Position numbers and translations under genes: made by a program. Below the pieces are notes generated by a model. It was not told the DNA's origin. It did not search any database and worked only from the letters and a program-made list of their open reading frames with translations. A stretch of DNA of 62,957 nucleotides, counting the filler, from Octopus bimaculoides (lineage: Eukaryota): the NCBI RefSeq assembly GCF_001194135.2. It is 8 parts of 8 records of this genome, joined end to end, with 100 filler letters (N's around TTAATTAATTAA, not from the genome) between each part and the next. Parts side by side here need not be neighbours in the genome. Positions count along the whole stretch, not along the records: positions 1 to 2,200 come from NC_068987.1; positions 2,301 to 7,878 come from NC_068994.1; positions 7,979 to 32,250 come from NC_069007.1; 5 more parts are not named here. One strand, written 5' to 3'. Position 1 is the stretch's first letter. The number at the start of each line of letters is the position of its first letter. This document shows positions 1 to 12,130 of the stretch, piece after piece.

Positions 1-360
1 CGATTCTGCCAGCTCGCCGTCTAGAAAGCTTTGCAATCAATAACACCGATTGTACTACTTGACTGGTAGTTTATTTTACCAACCCCGAAATGATGACAGG
101 CAAAGTCGACCTCGGTGGAATTTGAACTCAGAACGTAACGGTAGACGAAATACCGTTAAGCATTTCGCCCGGCTTGCTAACGATTCTGCCAGCTCGCCGT
201 CTAGAAAGCTTTGCAATCAATAACACCGATTGTACTACTTGACTGGTAGTTTATTTTACCAACCCCGAAATGATGACAGGCAAAGTCGACCTCGACGAGG
301 TTTGAACTCGAAACGCAAAGAGCCGGCAGAAAAACCGCTAAGCATTTTATCCGTCTTCGC
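1..360 (-). mobile_element. Tandem copies of tRNA-headed SINE family C (180-bp period)
   Basis: 1-114 is identical to 181-294. The minus strand reads GGCGAGCTGGCAGAATCGTTAGC (A-box-like) ... GAGTTCAAATTCC (B-box-like). The same family recurs at 12664, 16740, 28257 and 53180. Confidence 0.75.
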
Positions 361-568
361 AGCATTTCGCCGGTCTTTACGACGAGTCCAAATTTAGCCG
401 AGTGTCGACTGTCCCTTTCATCTTTTCGGGATCAATAAAAATAAGTACCAGTTGATCACTAGGGGTCGATATAATCGACTAAGGCAGAAATTCCCTAGAA
501 TTTCAAGCTTAGTACTTTTAATATAAATGGTTATTTCGATGTTCGATAAATAAAGTAACAATCCAGTA

Positions 569-569
<1 letters not shown>

Positions 570-655
<86 letters not shown>

Positions 656-668
656 TCTCTCCCTCTTT
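570..668. repeat. (CT)n microsatellite
   Basis: Direct reading. Confidence 0.95.
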
Positions 669-1016
669 CTGTAAGACAGGGACTGTAATATGGCCTGTAG
701 ACGGATGTAGGCTCCACCATATTTAAGACTGCCAGAGATTCGCTATCTGTCACGATGCCAGTCCTTACAATTCCATTACGAATCCAGGATTCAAGCTCAT
801 CCTGCATAAATATGTGAAAAGAAGTCATAAAGGTAACACAAAAAAGGTTCGCCTGAAATATTTGTATGAAATAATGGTCAGAAATCATTGGATTCCACCT
901 CAAGATCTGGTCCTTGTTGCAGTGTTGTGGTTGGTGTACCTCAATGACCCTGAGAGCTCTGCCAGTACAAAGGCCGTACAAGGTACCAGCGATGGACAAG
1001 GTGTAGATTATGTACC

Positions 1017-1174
1017 AGCTGTGTGGTAAGTAGCTTGCTTACCAACCACATGGTTCCGGATTCAGTCCCACTGCGTGGAACCTTGGGCAAGTGTCTTCTA
1101 CTATAGCCTCGGGCCGACCAAAGCTTTGTGAGTGGATTTGGTTGACGGAAACTGAAAGAAGCCCGTCGTATATA

Positions 1175-1214
<40 letters not shown>

Positions 1215-1421
1215 TCCCCCCACCATCGCTTGACAACCGATGCTGGTGTGTTTACGTCCTCGTAACTTAGCGGTTCGGCAAAAAGAGACCGATAGAATAA
1301 GTACTAGGTTTACAAAGAATAAGTCCTGGGGTCGATTTGCTCGACTAAAGGCGGTGCTCCAGCATGGCCGCAGTCAAATGACTGAAACAAGTAAAAGAGT
1401 AAAAGAGTAAAAGAGTAAAAG
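1017..1421 (+). mobile_element. SINE family A (tRNA-like head, internal (TA/TG)n, (GTAAAAGA)n tail), near full length
   Basis: Head GCTGTGTGGTAAG...GGATTCAGTCC, body ending CTCCAGCATGGCCGCAGTCAAATGACTGAAACAAGTAAAAGAG. More than 10 related copies occur in the window. It resembles described octopus tRNA-derived SINEs; exact family name not verified. Confidence 0.85.
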
Positions 1422-2200
1422 TTGTGTTGGCGAAATTCAGGAAGCAAGGAATGTTTTTGGAAGATGCAGTATCCCGAGAGCTAACGACTAACGTGGGTAA
1501 TTTATTCCATGCTTCGACATTGAATTTCGAGAAGCATGGAATATTTTAAAGATGCAATGTCCTGGGAGTTAACGAATGATGTTAGTAATTTATTCTTCTT
1601 ACTTGGTGTTCGAATCAGTTAACTTTCCAAAGGGAAGCAAATCGACGTGTTTAATGTGTAGGAAAGAAAAGATACTGTGGATTGGTTATTCAGAATTATG
1701 TTTATTTAGCATAAATTTACTGATATTTGTACATCTGGGATGTATATTCTCTCAAATAAATGCATAGAAAGCACTCATACTTTTACATTTGTTAATATAA
1801 TGTTTTCCCTTTTATTATTTTATTATTTTACTAATAAAAGTTCGCATGATAATATTCTGGCTGTGTTAAGTTGTCTCCCTGGATTAATGAAACCGACAGA
1901 AATTGGGAGTGACGTTTTCATGTAAACTTAATACATACATACATACATACATACATACATACATACATACATACATACATACATACATACATGCGTTGGG
2001 TATACAGTTATGTGAAAAGAAAACACGTACAATACTCAAAAAATTTAAGTTACGATAACAAGTATTATTGTAGTTACGATAAATGAATTATTATGATTAA
2101 TGAGGCTAACTAATTTAATGTGGTAATAATTTTAATGAATTAAGTATGATAACATTGATGTGATACTTACTTTGCACCCATCCTATATATATATATATAT

Positions 2201-2300
2201 NNNNNNNNNNNNNNNNNNNNNNNNNNNNNNNNNNNNNNNNNNNNTTAATTAATTAANNNNNNNNNNNNNNNNNNNNNNNNNNNNNNNNNNNNNNNNNNNN
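2201..2300. other. Assembly linker gap (N44-TTAATTAATTAA-N44)
   Basis: The same 100-bp construct occurs at 2201, 7879, 32251, 35866, 55263, 57968 and 60889. The 12-mer has stops in all six frames. Confidence 0.95.
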
Positions 2301-2331
<31 letters not shown>

Positions 2332-2497
2332 TACGACGGGCTTCTTCCAGTTTCCGTCTACCAAATCCACTCACAAGGCTTTGGTCGGCCCGAGGCTATA
2401 GTAGAAGACACTTGCCCAAGATGCCACGCAGTGGGACTGAACCCGGAACCATGTGGTTGGTAAGCAAGCTACTCACCACACAGCCACTACTGCGCCT
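2332..2497 (-). mobile_element. SINE family A, 5' half
   Basis: Reverse complement of about 1017-1170. Confidence 0.85.
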
Positions 2498-2757
2498 ATA
2501 TATAATCGGTTCGTTGTCCATAAGTCAAGAAAAAGCACGTTCTAATAGAAAATTGAACTGTTATATTTTTATACTGTCATGTACAATCTTTCTGATCATG
2601 GTATACAGCCAATCAGAAAGTTAACGGTATTGCATCAACTGATATTACGATTTGGTCAGTTGCTCTTTTAATTTCGAAATAATTTTAAAAATCGAAAATA
2701 AAAAGAAGCTGATCATAATTTTGTGCATTCGCTGTGAGTCGAATGACAAATTTTTAC

Positions 2758-2797
<40 letters not shown>

Positions 2798-2952
2798 TGT
2801 GAATGTGTGTGTGTGTGTATGTACATGTGTGTATCCGTGTGTACATTAACACTGGATTCCCTATATCACCACGATCATCACAATTATCATCACCATGATC
2901 ATTATTATCATTGTCATCATCTTTCTAATCTTCCTTTTTCTTCTTTCTATAG

Positions 2953-3036
2953 TAAAAATAGCTGATGTATTTCGACAGATCTTTGCCAGGCAAACATTAT
3001 TTCAAATACTATTGATATCAATCTGTATTTCTAGAG
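2953..3036 (+). CDS. Candidate exon of mucin-like gene (KIADVFRQIFARQTLFQILLISICISR; signal-peptide-like hydrophobic end)
   Basis: Pyrimidine-rich acceptor ttctttctatag, strong donor AG|gtaagt, 84 nt, phase 1/1, compatible with the phase-1 start of exon 6611. Confidence 0.45.
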
Positions 3037-4408
3037 GTAAGTATCAATCCATTCCAAACTCGACAATTGTTAAAGCAACAGTAAAATTCAAAATAAATAT
3101 ATCAACAAAGTTTTCAAATGTTCATCCAATATAAAGACAAAGTTGACCTCTGTGGGGTCTGAAATTAGAGCGAGAGGGTCCGAACAAATGTTGTAACGCA
3201 TTCTATCTAATGTTGACACTGCTCCTTCTCGTTTCACTATTATAATGAGGTGGGAAGAGGTGTCCCTCTCAAATATGCCCATTTACAGGTCGAGAAATTA
3301 AGTACCATTCTAGGGTAACGAAAGCATGGTAGATGCTACCAAGTCATAATACTTGGGGATAGTTGTTCCGACTTTTGAGCTCCGATTTCAAATCCTGCTG
3401 TGGTATACATATATAGTAGAGTACACCCGTCGCTCAATTTAAATCTGTCATCTTGCACACGGCTGCATTTAACGGATTCAACGCTCTTGCAAACATTCTT
3501 TCCTCCAATCTTCCTTCTCCGTTGTTTCGGAAGCCATGTAAAGGGCCGTGGGTCCTACCCTCCTGATGGCGAGACTAAAACATTTTATTGACGTCGTAAG
3601 AATTTAAAAAACTTTTGAGAGAATGTGAAATAATCCTGTTTTGAAATACTGGATCTCGAAGTACACATAAATAAACAATTCATTGAGATTCATGAGTTTC
3701 GATAATTTGGGTTACACATACGCGCGCGCGCACACGCACACGCACGCACACATTCTCATTCAAAATAGAGCCGATAACCAGCATTTTAAAGTGGAACGCT
3801 TAAAGATTGTAGAATTTTTTTCCAAATGAAACAATTGGCAGTGTAGTTAACACGCAAATAAAGAATATTTATCCCTCAAATGCGGTGTTGAGCACTCATT
3901 CTTACTGTTCGATACTTTCTGTAGATGGAATAACAAATGAGATCACCATAAAGATACATTTGTACGTCATTGGATTATAGTGATAAACGCTTATACAACA
4001 CAAATACCACTCTTTGAGTTTCCGTAGTTAGTACTCATTGACAGGCCGAAGCGAGATGACCAATAATCACGTGAAACCGCAGGTTTACATCAGAGTGTTC
4101 CCTTACTAGCAGGATGATGTGACACAGCTATGAGTTCATCACTCCCGGTAGTTTGACTGCATGTCCTGACACCAATCAAGAGTATTTCTGCGACTCCGTG
4201 CGCAGATTGATTATCATTACATATGCTAATTAACTCGTACCTGTGAACTTGGTAGATGCTACTACTCCGGGACAGAGTAGACCCGGGAACAACTGTGGTT
4301 AAAAAGTGGTTCCACACTCTTCAGAACCCTGGAACTCCTGAACCAGAGCTCCACTACCAAATGCCATTTTAAAATCACACTCAGGACACACACACACGCA
4401 CGCGCGCG

Positions 4409-4450
<42 letters not shown>

Positions 4451-5489
4451 CACACACGCACNNNNNNNNNNNNNNNNNNNNNNNNNNNNNNNNNNNNNNN
4501 NNNNNNNNNNNNNNNNNNNNNNNNNNNNNNNNNNNNNNNNNNNNNNNNNNNNNNNNNNNNNNNNNNNNNNNNNNNNNNNNNNNNNNNNNNNNNNNNNNNN
4601 NNNNNNNNNNNNNNNNNNNNNNNNNNNNNNNNNNNNNNNNNNNNNNNNNNNNNNNNNNNNNNNNNNNNNNNNNNNNNNNNNNNNNNNNNNNNNNNNNNNN
4701 NNNNNNNNNNNNNNNNNNNNNNNNNNNNNNNNNNNNNNNNNNNNNNNNNNNNNNNNNNNNNNNNNNNNNNNNNNNNNNNNNNNNNNGGCAGATTAAGTCC
4801 TCTATCCAATTAGTTGTCGCAAGATTCGAACTTAGAGCTGGAGCAAAAACTATTTACATTATTATATGTAGGAATGACTGCCCTGTTGTATATATCAAAG
4901 GTATGTCAGAAGCAGCAGGTATTCACAGCTTTAAAAAATGGAATATTGGTAGAACACTCAAATGAAAAAAAAAAAAAACATCAATTCGTTGCAAACATAA
5001 CAGACCTGATATTGTTCTATGTGATAGGGAACAAAAGTCATGCGTTGTTGTTGAGGTCAGCTGCCCAACGTATGTGAATGTGCAATCAAAAGTTCAGGAA
5101 AAAGAGAACATTTGCAGCGAATTAATACGGAACTTACAGCTCTTACACTATGAATTCTCATTTGTACCTATTATCATAGGTTATCATTCGGTTATGTACC
5201 AACAAATTTACACAAAAGCCTAGAAACACCTAGTTTCGTGGAAAACGAGTAAAAGAAAGTGACGCGGATTCTCCAAATCCTATCTATTAGTGACTCAGTG
5301 AAGATTTGTAGGACATTCCAAAAATCCTCCTTGTAAAATTCTTATGTGAATAGATGCACACACTTGGGAGTATGCATTGACAGTTCAACCAACACACCAA
5401 TTCAACCTCAAATCCCTTGATTCAAAAAGTCTTCTTGCTTTGTTAACAACCGACTTGAACTCTCTCAGGAATTTAAACTCAAAGAAAAA

Positions 5490-5549
<60 letters not shown>

Positions 5550-5567
5550 NNNNNNNNNNTGATTTGT

Positions 5568-5936
5568 GGAGGCGCAATGGCCCAGTGGTTAAGGCAGCGG
5601 ACTCGCGGTCATAGGATCGCGGTTTCGATTCCCAGACCGGGCATTATGAGTGTTTATTGAGCGAAAACACCTAAAGTTCCACAAGGCTCCGTGAGGGGAT
5701 GGTGGCGAATCCTGCTGCACTCTTTCACCACAACTTTCTCTCACTCTTACTTCCTGTTTCTGTTGTGCCTGTAATTCAAAGGGTCAGCCTTGTCACGCTG
5801 AATATCCTCGAGAACTACGTTAAGGGTACACGTGTCTGTGGAATGCTCAGCCACTTGCACGTTAATTTCACGAGCAGGCTGTTCCGTTGATCTGATCAAC
5901 TGGAACCCTCGACGTCGTAAGCGACGGAGTGCCAAC
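5568..5936 (+). mobile_element. SINE family B (tRNA-Arg-like head), full length
   Basis: GGAGGCGCAATGGCCCAGTGGTT...GGTTTCGATTCC head, ending GGAGTGCCAAC. Copies at 17258, 19646 and 29289. Confidence 0.85.
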
Positions 5937-6250
5937 ATACATAAGTCATTTGATTCTACTTAACTGACTATGGTATGCTTATCGAACAGAATATTTAATG
6001 TATTTAATTTTTATACCATCATTTGTACCTGACCTCTTTAAACTGAGACCAGATTGTATATCTGAAATTTTACTGTTATACCTCTCTTTCAAAGATAAAG
6101 TTTCTATTACAAAAGCTTAATTATTCCCTGAACTGACATCAACAGAAAGATGGCCTAATATGAACCTGAGGTAATCATGGTGTAACTGTCACGGAAACAT
6201 GTAAAGTTATAAATTAAAAAATTAACACATCCTCCTGATATGCGCGCGCG

Positions 6251-6311
<61 letters not shown>

Positions 6312-6610
6312 ACACACTTCAAACTTATGTGATATTAAATTTGTATACAAAGTTACAATCAAATGTTTAAAAATTACGTTGTTAGTTTCGATGTGAAAAG
6401 AGACTGGGTATAAAATGAACATTAAACATTGTATTCTAAAGTTGTTTGCAAATATATTATAGGTGTATTCATTGTGTATAGTTAAAGGTATGTAATCAAG
6501 GAACAGTAGTGATCTTAATTCATCACCCTATACTGTAAAAGATGTCATGCCAACATAGATCTCTTTTATAGCATAGTGAGAAATAACTTCCCTTCTTTTT
6601 CCTTTTCCAG

Positions 6611-7684
6611 CAACAGTATCAGCAGCATCGACAACACCAACAACACGAACGACGCCAACGACGCCAACGACGCCAACGACGCCAACGNNNNNNNNNNNNN
6701 NNNNNNNNNNNNNNNNNNNNNNNNNNNNNNNNNNNNNNNNNNNNNNNNNNNNNNNNNNNNNNNNNNNNNNNNNNNNNNNNNNNNNNNNNNNNNNNNNNNN
6801 NNNNNNNNNNNNNNNNNNNNNNNNNNNNNNNNNNNNNNNNNNNNNNNNNNNNNNNNNNNNNNNNNNNNNNNNNNNNNNNNNNNNNNNNNNNNNNNNNNNN
6901 NNNNNNNNNNNNNNNNNNNNNNNNNNNNNNNNNNNNNNNNNNNNNNNNNNNNNNNNNNNNNNNNNNNNNNNNNNNNNNNNNNNNNNNNNNNNNNNNNNNN
7001 NNNNNNNNNNNNNNNNNNNNNNNNNNNNNNNNNNNNNNNNNNNNNNNNNNNNNNNNNNNNNNNNNNNNNNNNNNNNNNNNNNNNNNNNNNNNNNNNNNNN
7101 NNNNNNNNNNNNNNNNNNNNNNNNNNNNNNNNNNNNNNNNNNNNNNNNATCAACGACTGAATCAACGACAGAGTCAACAACAGAGTCAACAACCGAGTCA
7201 ACAACACCAACGACACCAACAACTGAGTCAACAACTGATTCAACGACTGAACCAACGACTGAGTCAACAACTGAGTCAACGACTGAGTCAATGACTGAGT
7301 CAATGACTGAGTCAACGACTGAGTCAACGACTGAGTCAGCAATTGAGCCAACAACATCAACAACAATGCAGAAAACTGAGCCAGGAACACTAATATCACG
7401 GGCAGCAACAACAGAAAGAATATCACAAATATTTGAATCAGCGACATCATCGTCAATACCATCATCAATACAACCGTATCCATCATCATCAATACAACCT
7501 TATCCATCATCATCAATACAACCTTATACATCATCATCAGCATCCCAAATAACATTCCCATCATCATTTCCAGCATCCCCATCATCAATAGGAGCGACCT
7601 CAGAAACGAAATATACAAGTTTCACTACTGTAGAGGCAATAACAATGACAAACGGATGTATATGTACATGTTTGACTAACTCTT
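6611..7684 (+). CDS. Large Thr/Ser/Pro-rich mucin-like exon (TTP, TTES and SSSIQPY repeats; ends NGCICTCLTNS), interrupted by an N gap
   Basis: Acceptor ccttttccag|, donor TCTT|gtaagt. The same frame is open on both sides of the 6688-7148 gap. In-frame 9-, 12- and 24-bp repeats with synonymous variation. Confidence 0.65.
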
Positions 7685-7776
7685 GTAAGTATGTTTTAAT
7701 AATGATGCGCACACGCACATACACAGATTATTACGCATTATACATACATACATATACATGTATATATATATACATT

Positions 7777-7814
<38 letters not shown>

Positions 7815-7978
7815 CATACATACATATATACATACATACATACATACATAAATAAATATATATATATATATATATATANNNNNNNNNNNNNNNNNNNNNN
7901 NNNNNNNNNNNNNNNNNNNNNNTTAATTAATTAANNNNNNNNNNNNNNNNNNNNNNNNNNNNNNNNNNNNNNNNNNNN

Positions 7979-8014
<36 letters not shown>

Positions 8015-8157
8015 TCATTAATTAGAAATATTCAATAGGAATATGATATGCTGAATTTATATTGAGTGTTCGTATATATTATGGTATCAATAATATTAAA
8101 ATTTTTTTATAAATTTCCAAATATTAATACAGTTATTACGAGCTTACATGTGTGTTT

Positions 8158-8367
8158 GTGTCTGTGTTTGTCCCCCACAACATCACTTGACAACCGATGC
8201 TGGTGAGTTTACGTCCCCATAACATAGCGATTCGGCAAAAGAGACCGATAGAATAAGTACTAGGCTTACAAAGAATAAGTCCTGGGGTCGATTTGCTCGA
8301 CTAAAAGAAAGCGGTGCTCCAGCATGACCACAGTCAAATGACTGAAACAAGTAAAAGAGTAAAAGAG
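8158..8367 (+). mobile_element. SINE family A, 3' half
   Basis: Matches about 1210-1420. Confidence 0.85.
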
Positions 8368-8770
8368 CAACAGAAGCATGTAGTCGCGGCAGCAATGGCG
8401 GATAATTGTCTCTCGCTAGCGATATAAACACGATTGTTTATAGGCATCACAAGTTCATATGAGAGGTTCTGTCATAGTAACCGTCGTAGACATTCATATA
8501 CTTAAATATATATACATCCATATATACACCCATATATATGAACCTGAAATGAATACACACCACTCTGTACGAGTATAGAAAGTCTTGTAAGCACATAGGC
8601 AATAACCAGTAACTGGTCAGATCAAGAAAAATCTATCGATCGTATTAAATGTAATTCCTCTTATTCAATATCGGATTTAAAAAAATGAAGATATAATATC
8701 GATTGTTCTATGTTTAATGATCAATGTTTAATGATTAATGCTTAATCATGGTTGTTCTGATCTCCTGTAG

Positions 8771-8842
8771 GCATTGTTACGAATGGATAAGTCTTACGAC
8801 AAAGAACAGCGGATACAAAGAGTGAAAGATGTAATTAGAGAG
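8771..8842 (+). CDS. ABCG (white/scarlet-like) transporter exon: ALLRMDKSYDKEQRIQRVKDVIRE
   Basis: ctgtag| ... GAG|gtgagt, 72 nt, phase 0/0. Matches the white-family ALLRM..RV..VI.E segment and joins in frame to 10912. Missed by the ORF track. Confidence 0.85.
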
Positions 8843-8873
8843 GTGAGTGCATTTCTCAAACGAATCTTTAAAT

Positions 8874-8874
8874 G

Positions 8875-8952
<78 letters not shown>

Positions 8953-9462
8953 TCCAAATACAGTACTCGGCAGTGTCTCTCATGGTTTCTGACCTTAACT
9001 AATTGGAAGTGTTATCATGTACATGTTTTGTCTCGGTATAAAAGATGAGCTATAGCAAATATTCTGTTCAATAACAGATGTACTTGTCAGTTGTTTAATC
9101 ATGAAGATACGGGCATCTCTGATCAAGAGCAGAAGTAGTCGGGGAGCATCATAGGCATGTGGGGAGAAGAATTCTTCGGGGTTTGGATAATTCACCTCTG
9201 GAAACATGGGTGTTTCGTTCAACGTCCTTAAACAACTCTTATTCAGGGACCTTTTGAGCAGGATGGGCTACTCAACATGAAAAAAATTCTAACTGAGCCC
9301 TTACTTGCAAGGTTATGCGCTGTTTATTGTGCACATTTCGTTGTGATGCATGTGCCTGGTGTACTCTTATCAGACGGGTAGTCATGATGGGTATGCTGAG
9401 CTTCGTATATTTGTACCCCAGTGTCACTTTGATGGCATGCACTGCTCTCTCACCCAATAATG

Positions 9463-9500
<38 letters not shown>
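8874..9500 (+). mobile_element. ~500-bp interspersed repeat flanked on both sides by (TAA)n
   Basis: Body 8950-9455. Its 5' part is homologous to 35600-35865 and 57920-57967, and all three copies directly follow (TAA)n tracts. Confidence 0.7.
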
Positions 9501-10240
9501 CCAAGATCAATGCCTACCTACAAAGAACTACCCCCAAGATCAATGCCTACCTACAAAGAACTACCCCCANNNNNNNNNNNNNNNNNNNNNNNNNNNNNNN
9601 NNNNNNNNNNNNNNNNNNNNNNNNNNNNNNNNNNNNNNNNNNNNNNNNNNNNNNNNNNNNNNNNNNNNNNNNNNNNNNNNNNNNNNNNNNNNNNNNNNNN
9701 NNNNNNNNNNNNNNNNNNNNNNNNNNNNNNNNNNNNNNNNNNNNNNNNNNNNNNNNNNNNNNNNNNNNNNNNNNNNNNNNNNNNNNNNNNNNNNNNNNNN
9801 NNNNNNNNNNNNNNNNNNNNNNNNNNNNNNNNNNNNNNNNNNNNNNNNNNNNNNNNNNNNNNNNNNNNNNNNNNNNNNNNNNNNNNNNNNNNNNNNNNNN
9901 NNNNNNNNNNNNNNNNNNNNNNNNNNNNNNNNNNNNNNNNNNNNNNNNNNNNNNNNNNNNNNNNNNNNNNNNNNNNNNNNNNNNNNNNNNNNNNNNNNNN
10001 NNNNNNNNNNNNNNNNNNNNNNNNNNNNNNNNNNNNNNNNNNNNNNNNNNNNNNNNNNNNNNNNNNNNNNNNNNNNNNNNNNNNNNNNNNNNNNNNNNNN
10101 NNNNNNNNNNNNNNNNNNNNNNNNNNNNNNNNNNNNNNNNNNNNNNNNNNNNNNNNNNNNNNNNNNNNNNNNNNNNNNNNNNNNNNNNNNNNNNNNNNNN
10201 NNNNNNNNNNNNNNNNNAACTGCCCATATCCTACCTAAAA
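9501..10240. repeat. 33-bp minisatellite running into an N gap
   Basis: Unit CCAAGATCAATGCCTACCTACAAAGAACTACCC, two copies visible before the gap. Confidence 0.7.
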
Positions 10241-10702
10241 TACTGTCTATGTGATCTCAAATTTTAAAGCAAACACATAATTTTCTTATGGTCTCTTAAA
10301 CATTCTCTAGAACAACACTATGTACAAATCCAAATATATGGTACCCTAGGCATAACACCTACATGAACTTCTAACTTGTTGTCTCTTGAGGTCTCTGGGT
10401 GAGACTTGGATCCAGCTTGTACAAATGCAAAACAAAAGTCAAACATAAAATAATAATAATAATAATAATCGTTAGTACTATAATCACAAGACATGACTGT
10501 AGGCACCAATATCAGACTGGTGTTAATTTTATCAATCCTGCAAGGATGAAAGGCAAAGTCGACTTTGGTGGTATTTGATCTTTTGTTCGACGCGCTAACG
10601 ATTCTGCTAGATCGCGATAAGAGATAGCAGCGACAACTAAATCTGTTTCAAACTAGATTTTACAGCCGCCGACAACATACGGGTCAAGAATGACCTGAGG
10701 CA

Positions 10703-10738
<36 letters not shown>

Positions 10739-10911
10739 CCAAAACGCTGGGTTCAGGTTACAGAATAAAAAAACAAAACATTCTTTCGAGACTCCCAAAG
10801 CCGATGGTTCCTCTGATAGCTTATCGACTTTACAGACAGTCAGTCGCAGATATATAACCATCGATCTCTTACTATCACTTACGTCAATGTATCTCTTGTC
10901 TCTTGCTCCAG

Positions 10912-11007
10912 CTGAGCCTGACAAAATGTGCCAATACCATGATTGGTGATGAAAGAATCAAAGGAATATCAGGAGGAGAGAAAAAAAGAGTGGCGTTTGC
11001 TTCCGAG
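10912..11007 (+). CDS. ABCG (white/scarlet-like) exon with ABC signature: [32 protein letters not shown]
   Basis: ttgctccag| ... GAG|gtaagt, 96 nt, phase 0/0. Contains the ISGGEKKR signature motif. Confidence 0.92.
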
Positions 11008-11210
11008 GTAAGTGTTGTCGTTTGTACTGTTTTAGATTTTTCTATAGACACGGCCTCTCTCACTTTCTGTTTCTCTGTCTGCCTCTCTGTTTCTCTGTCC
11101 GTCCGTCCGCCTAAGTATCTATCTGTCTGTCTGTCCGTCGTCTGTCCGTCCGTCGGTCGCCTGTCCGTCCGTCGTCTGTCCGTCCGTCGTCTGTCAATTT
11201 TTTTAACATA

Positions 11211-11337
11211 TGAAAGACTATCAAGACCAAGCGATTGTGCAACTATGAAAGACTATCAAGACCAAGCGATTGTGCAACTATGAAAGACTATCAAGACCAA
11301 GCGATTGTGCAACTATGAAAGACTATCAAGACCAAAC
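11211..11337. repeat. 35-bp tandem repeat, about 3.6 copies
   Basis: TGAAAGACTATCAAGACCAAGCGATTGTGCAACTA starting at 11211, 11246, 11281 and 11316. Confidence 0.9.
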
Positions 11338-11712
11338 GCCCATGAAAACTGACGAGAGGGGTCTTGCTTCATCAGGACAATGTTCCAGTACACAAGTCTT
11401 TGCTTTAAATGGCTGCTGTACGTGACTGGAACTTTGAACTGGCTGATCAGCATCCCTATCCTCCTAATATCAACTGTTCCTTAACATGAAAAAAGACTTG
11501 GCTGGAAACTAGCGTCGCAATGATTATGACAGCATATCTGCTGCCGATCATTCTTTTGACCAAAAGGATGAAAGCCTCTTCACCAATGAACTCCAAGAAC
11601 TGCAACACTGATGGAAGAAGTGTGTGGACCACAAGGGGGACTATGTTGGAAAATGAACCTCATTTAGTCACATTCCATGAGAATTGCTTGGTCAGCTTAC
11701 GAACTTCTCAGT
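11338..11712 (+). mobile_element. Degenerate mariner transposase 3' fragment
   Basis: Decayed translation KLTRGVLLHQDNVPVH...WKKCVDHKGDYV, the mariner HxDNAPxH and W.KC...G.Y motifs. Confidence 0.75.
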
Positions 11713-11747
11713 ATATAAAATTTTCTCTTCAATATCTGTCCATCTGT

Positions 11748-11866
11748 CCGTCCGATGATCCTTCCGTCCGACGATCCTTTCGTCCGATCATCCTTCCGTC
11801 CGATCATCCTTCCGTCCCACGATCCTTTCGTCCGATCATCCTTCCGTCCGATCATCCTTCCGTCCT
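11748..11866. repeat. 16-bp minisatellite (TCCGATCATCCTTCCG)n
   Basis: About 7-8 imperfect copies read directly. Confidence 0.85.
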
Positions 11867-12004
11867 TCCTCCTTCTCTGTCTTCTTCCCTTTTACTTTTC
11901 ATCTTTCTACTTCTTGCCATTCTTTCTCTGTAATCTTTTTCACTCTAACCCCTGTTTTCTTCCACTTCTTCTCTCTCACCCTTGTTTTTGTCATACTCTC
12001 CCTT

Positions 12005-12046
<42 letters not shown>

Positions 12047-12130
12047 CTTACCTCTCTGTCTCACATCTACACACCCATGTTCATCACGGCCCTCAATTTC
12101 TTTTCTATTTTATATCTTTTTCTATTCAAG

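Noticed and set aside
598-1029. Overlapping ORFs on both strands
   Set aside because: No recognisable family; they end in (CT)n or a SINE. Only the acceptor at 801 is kept as a speculative exon.
5568-5640. tRNA-like sequences here and at other SINE heads
   Set aside because: They continue into SINE bodies and lack a complete acceptor stem; not tRNA genes.
6566-7618. 350-aa minus-strand ORF (poly-L/M/TQSL)
   Set aside because: Antisense shadow of the mucin-like repeats, spanning Ns.
7684-8771. Mucin-ABCG fusion transcript
   Set aside because: A phase-1 donor joined to a phase-0 acceptor would frameshift, and a linker gap lies between them.
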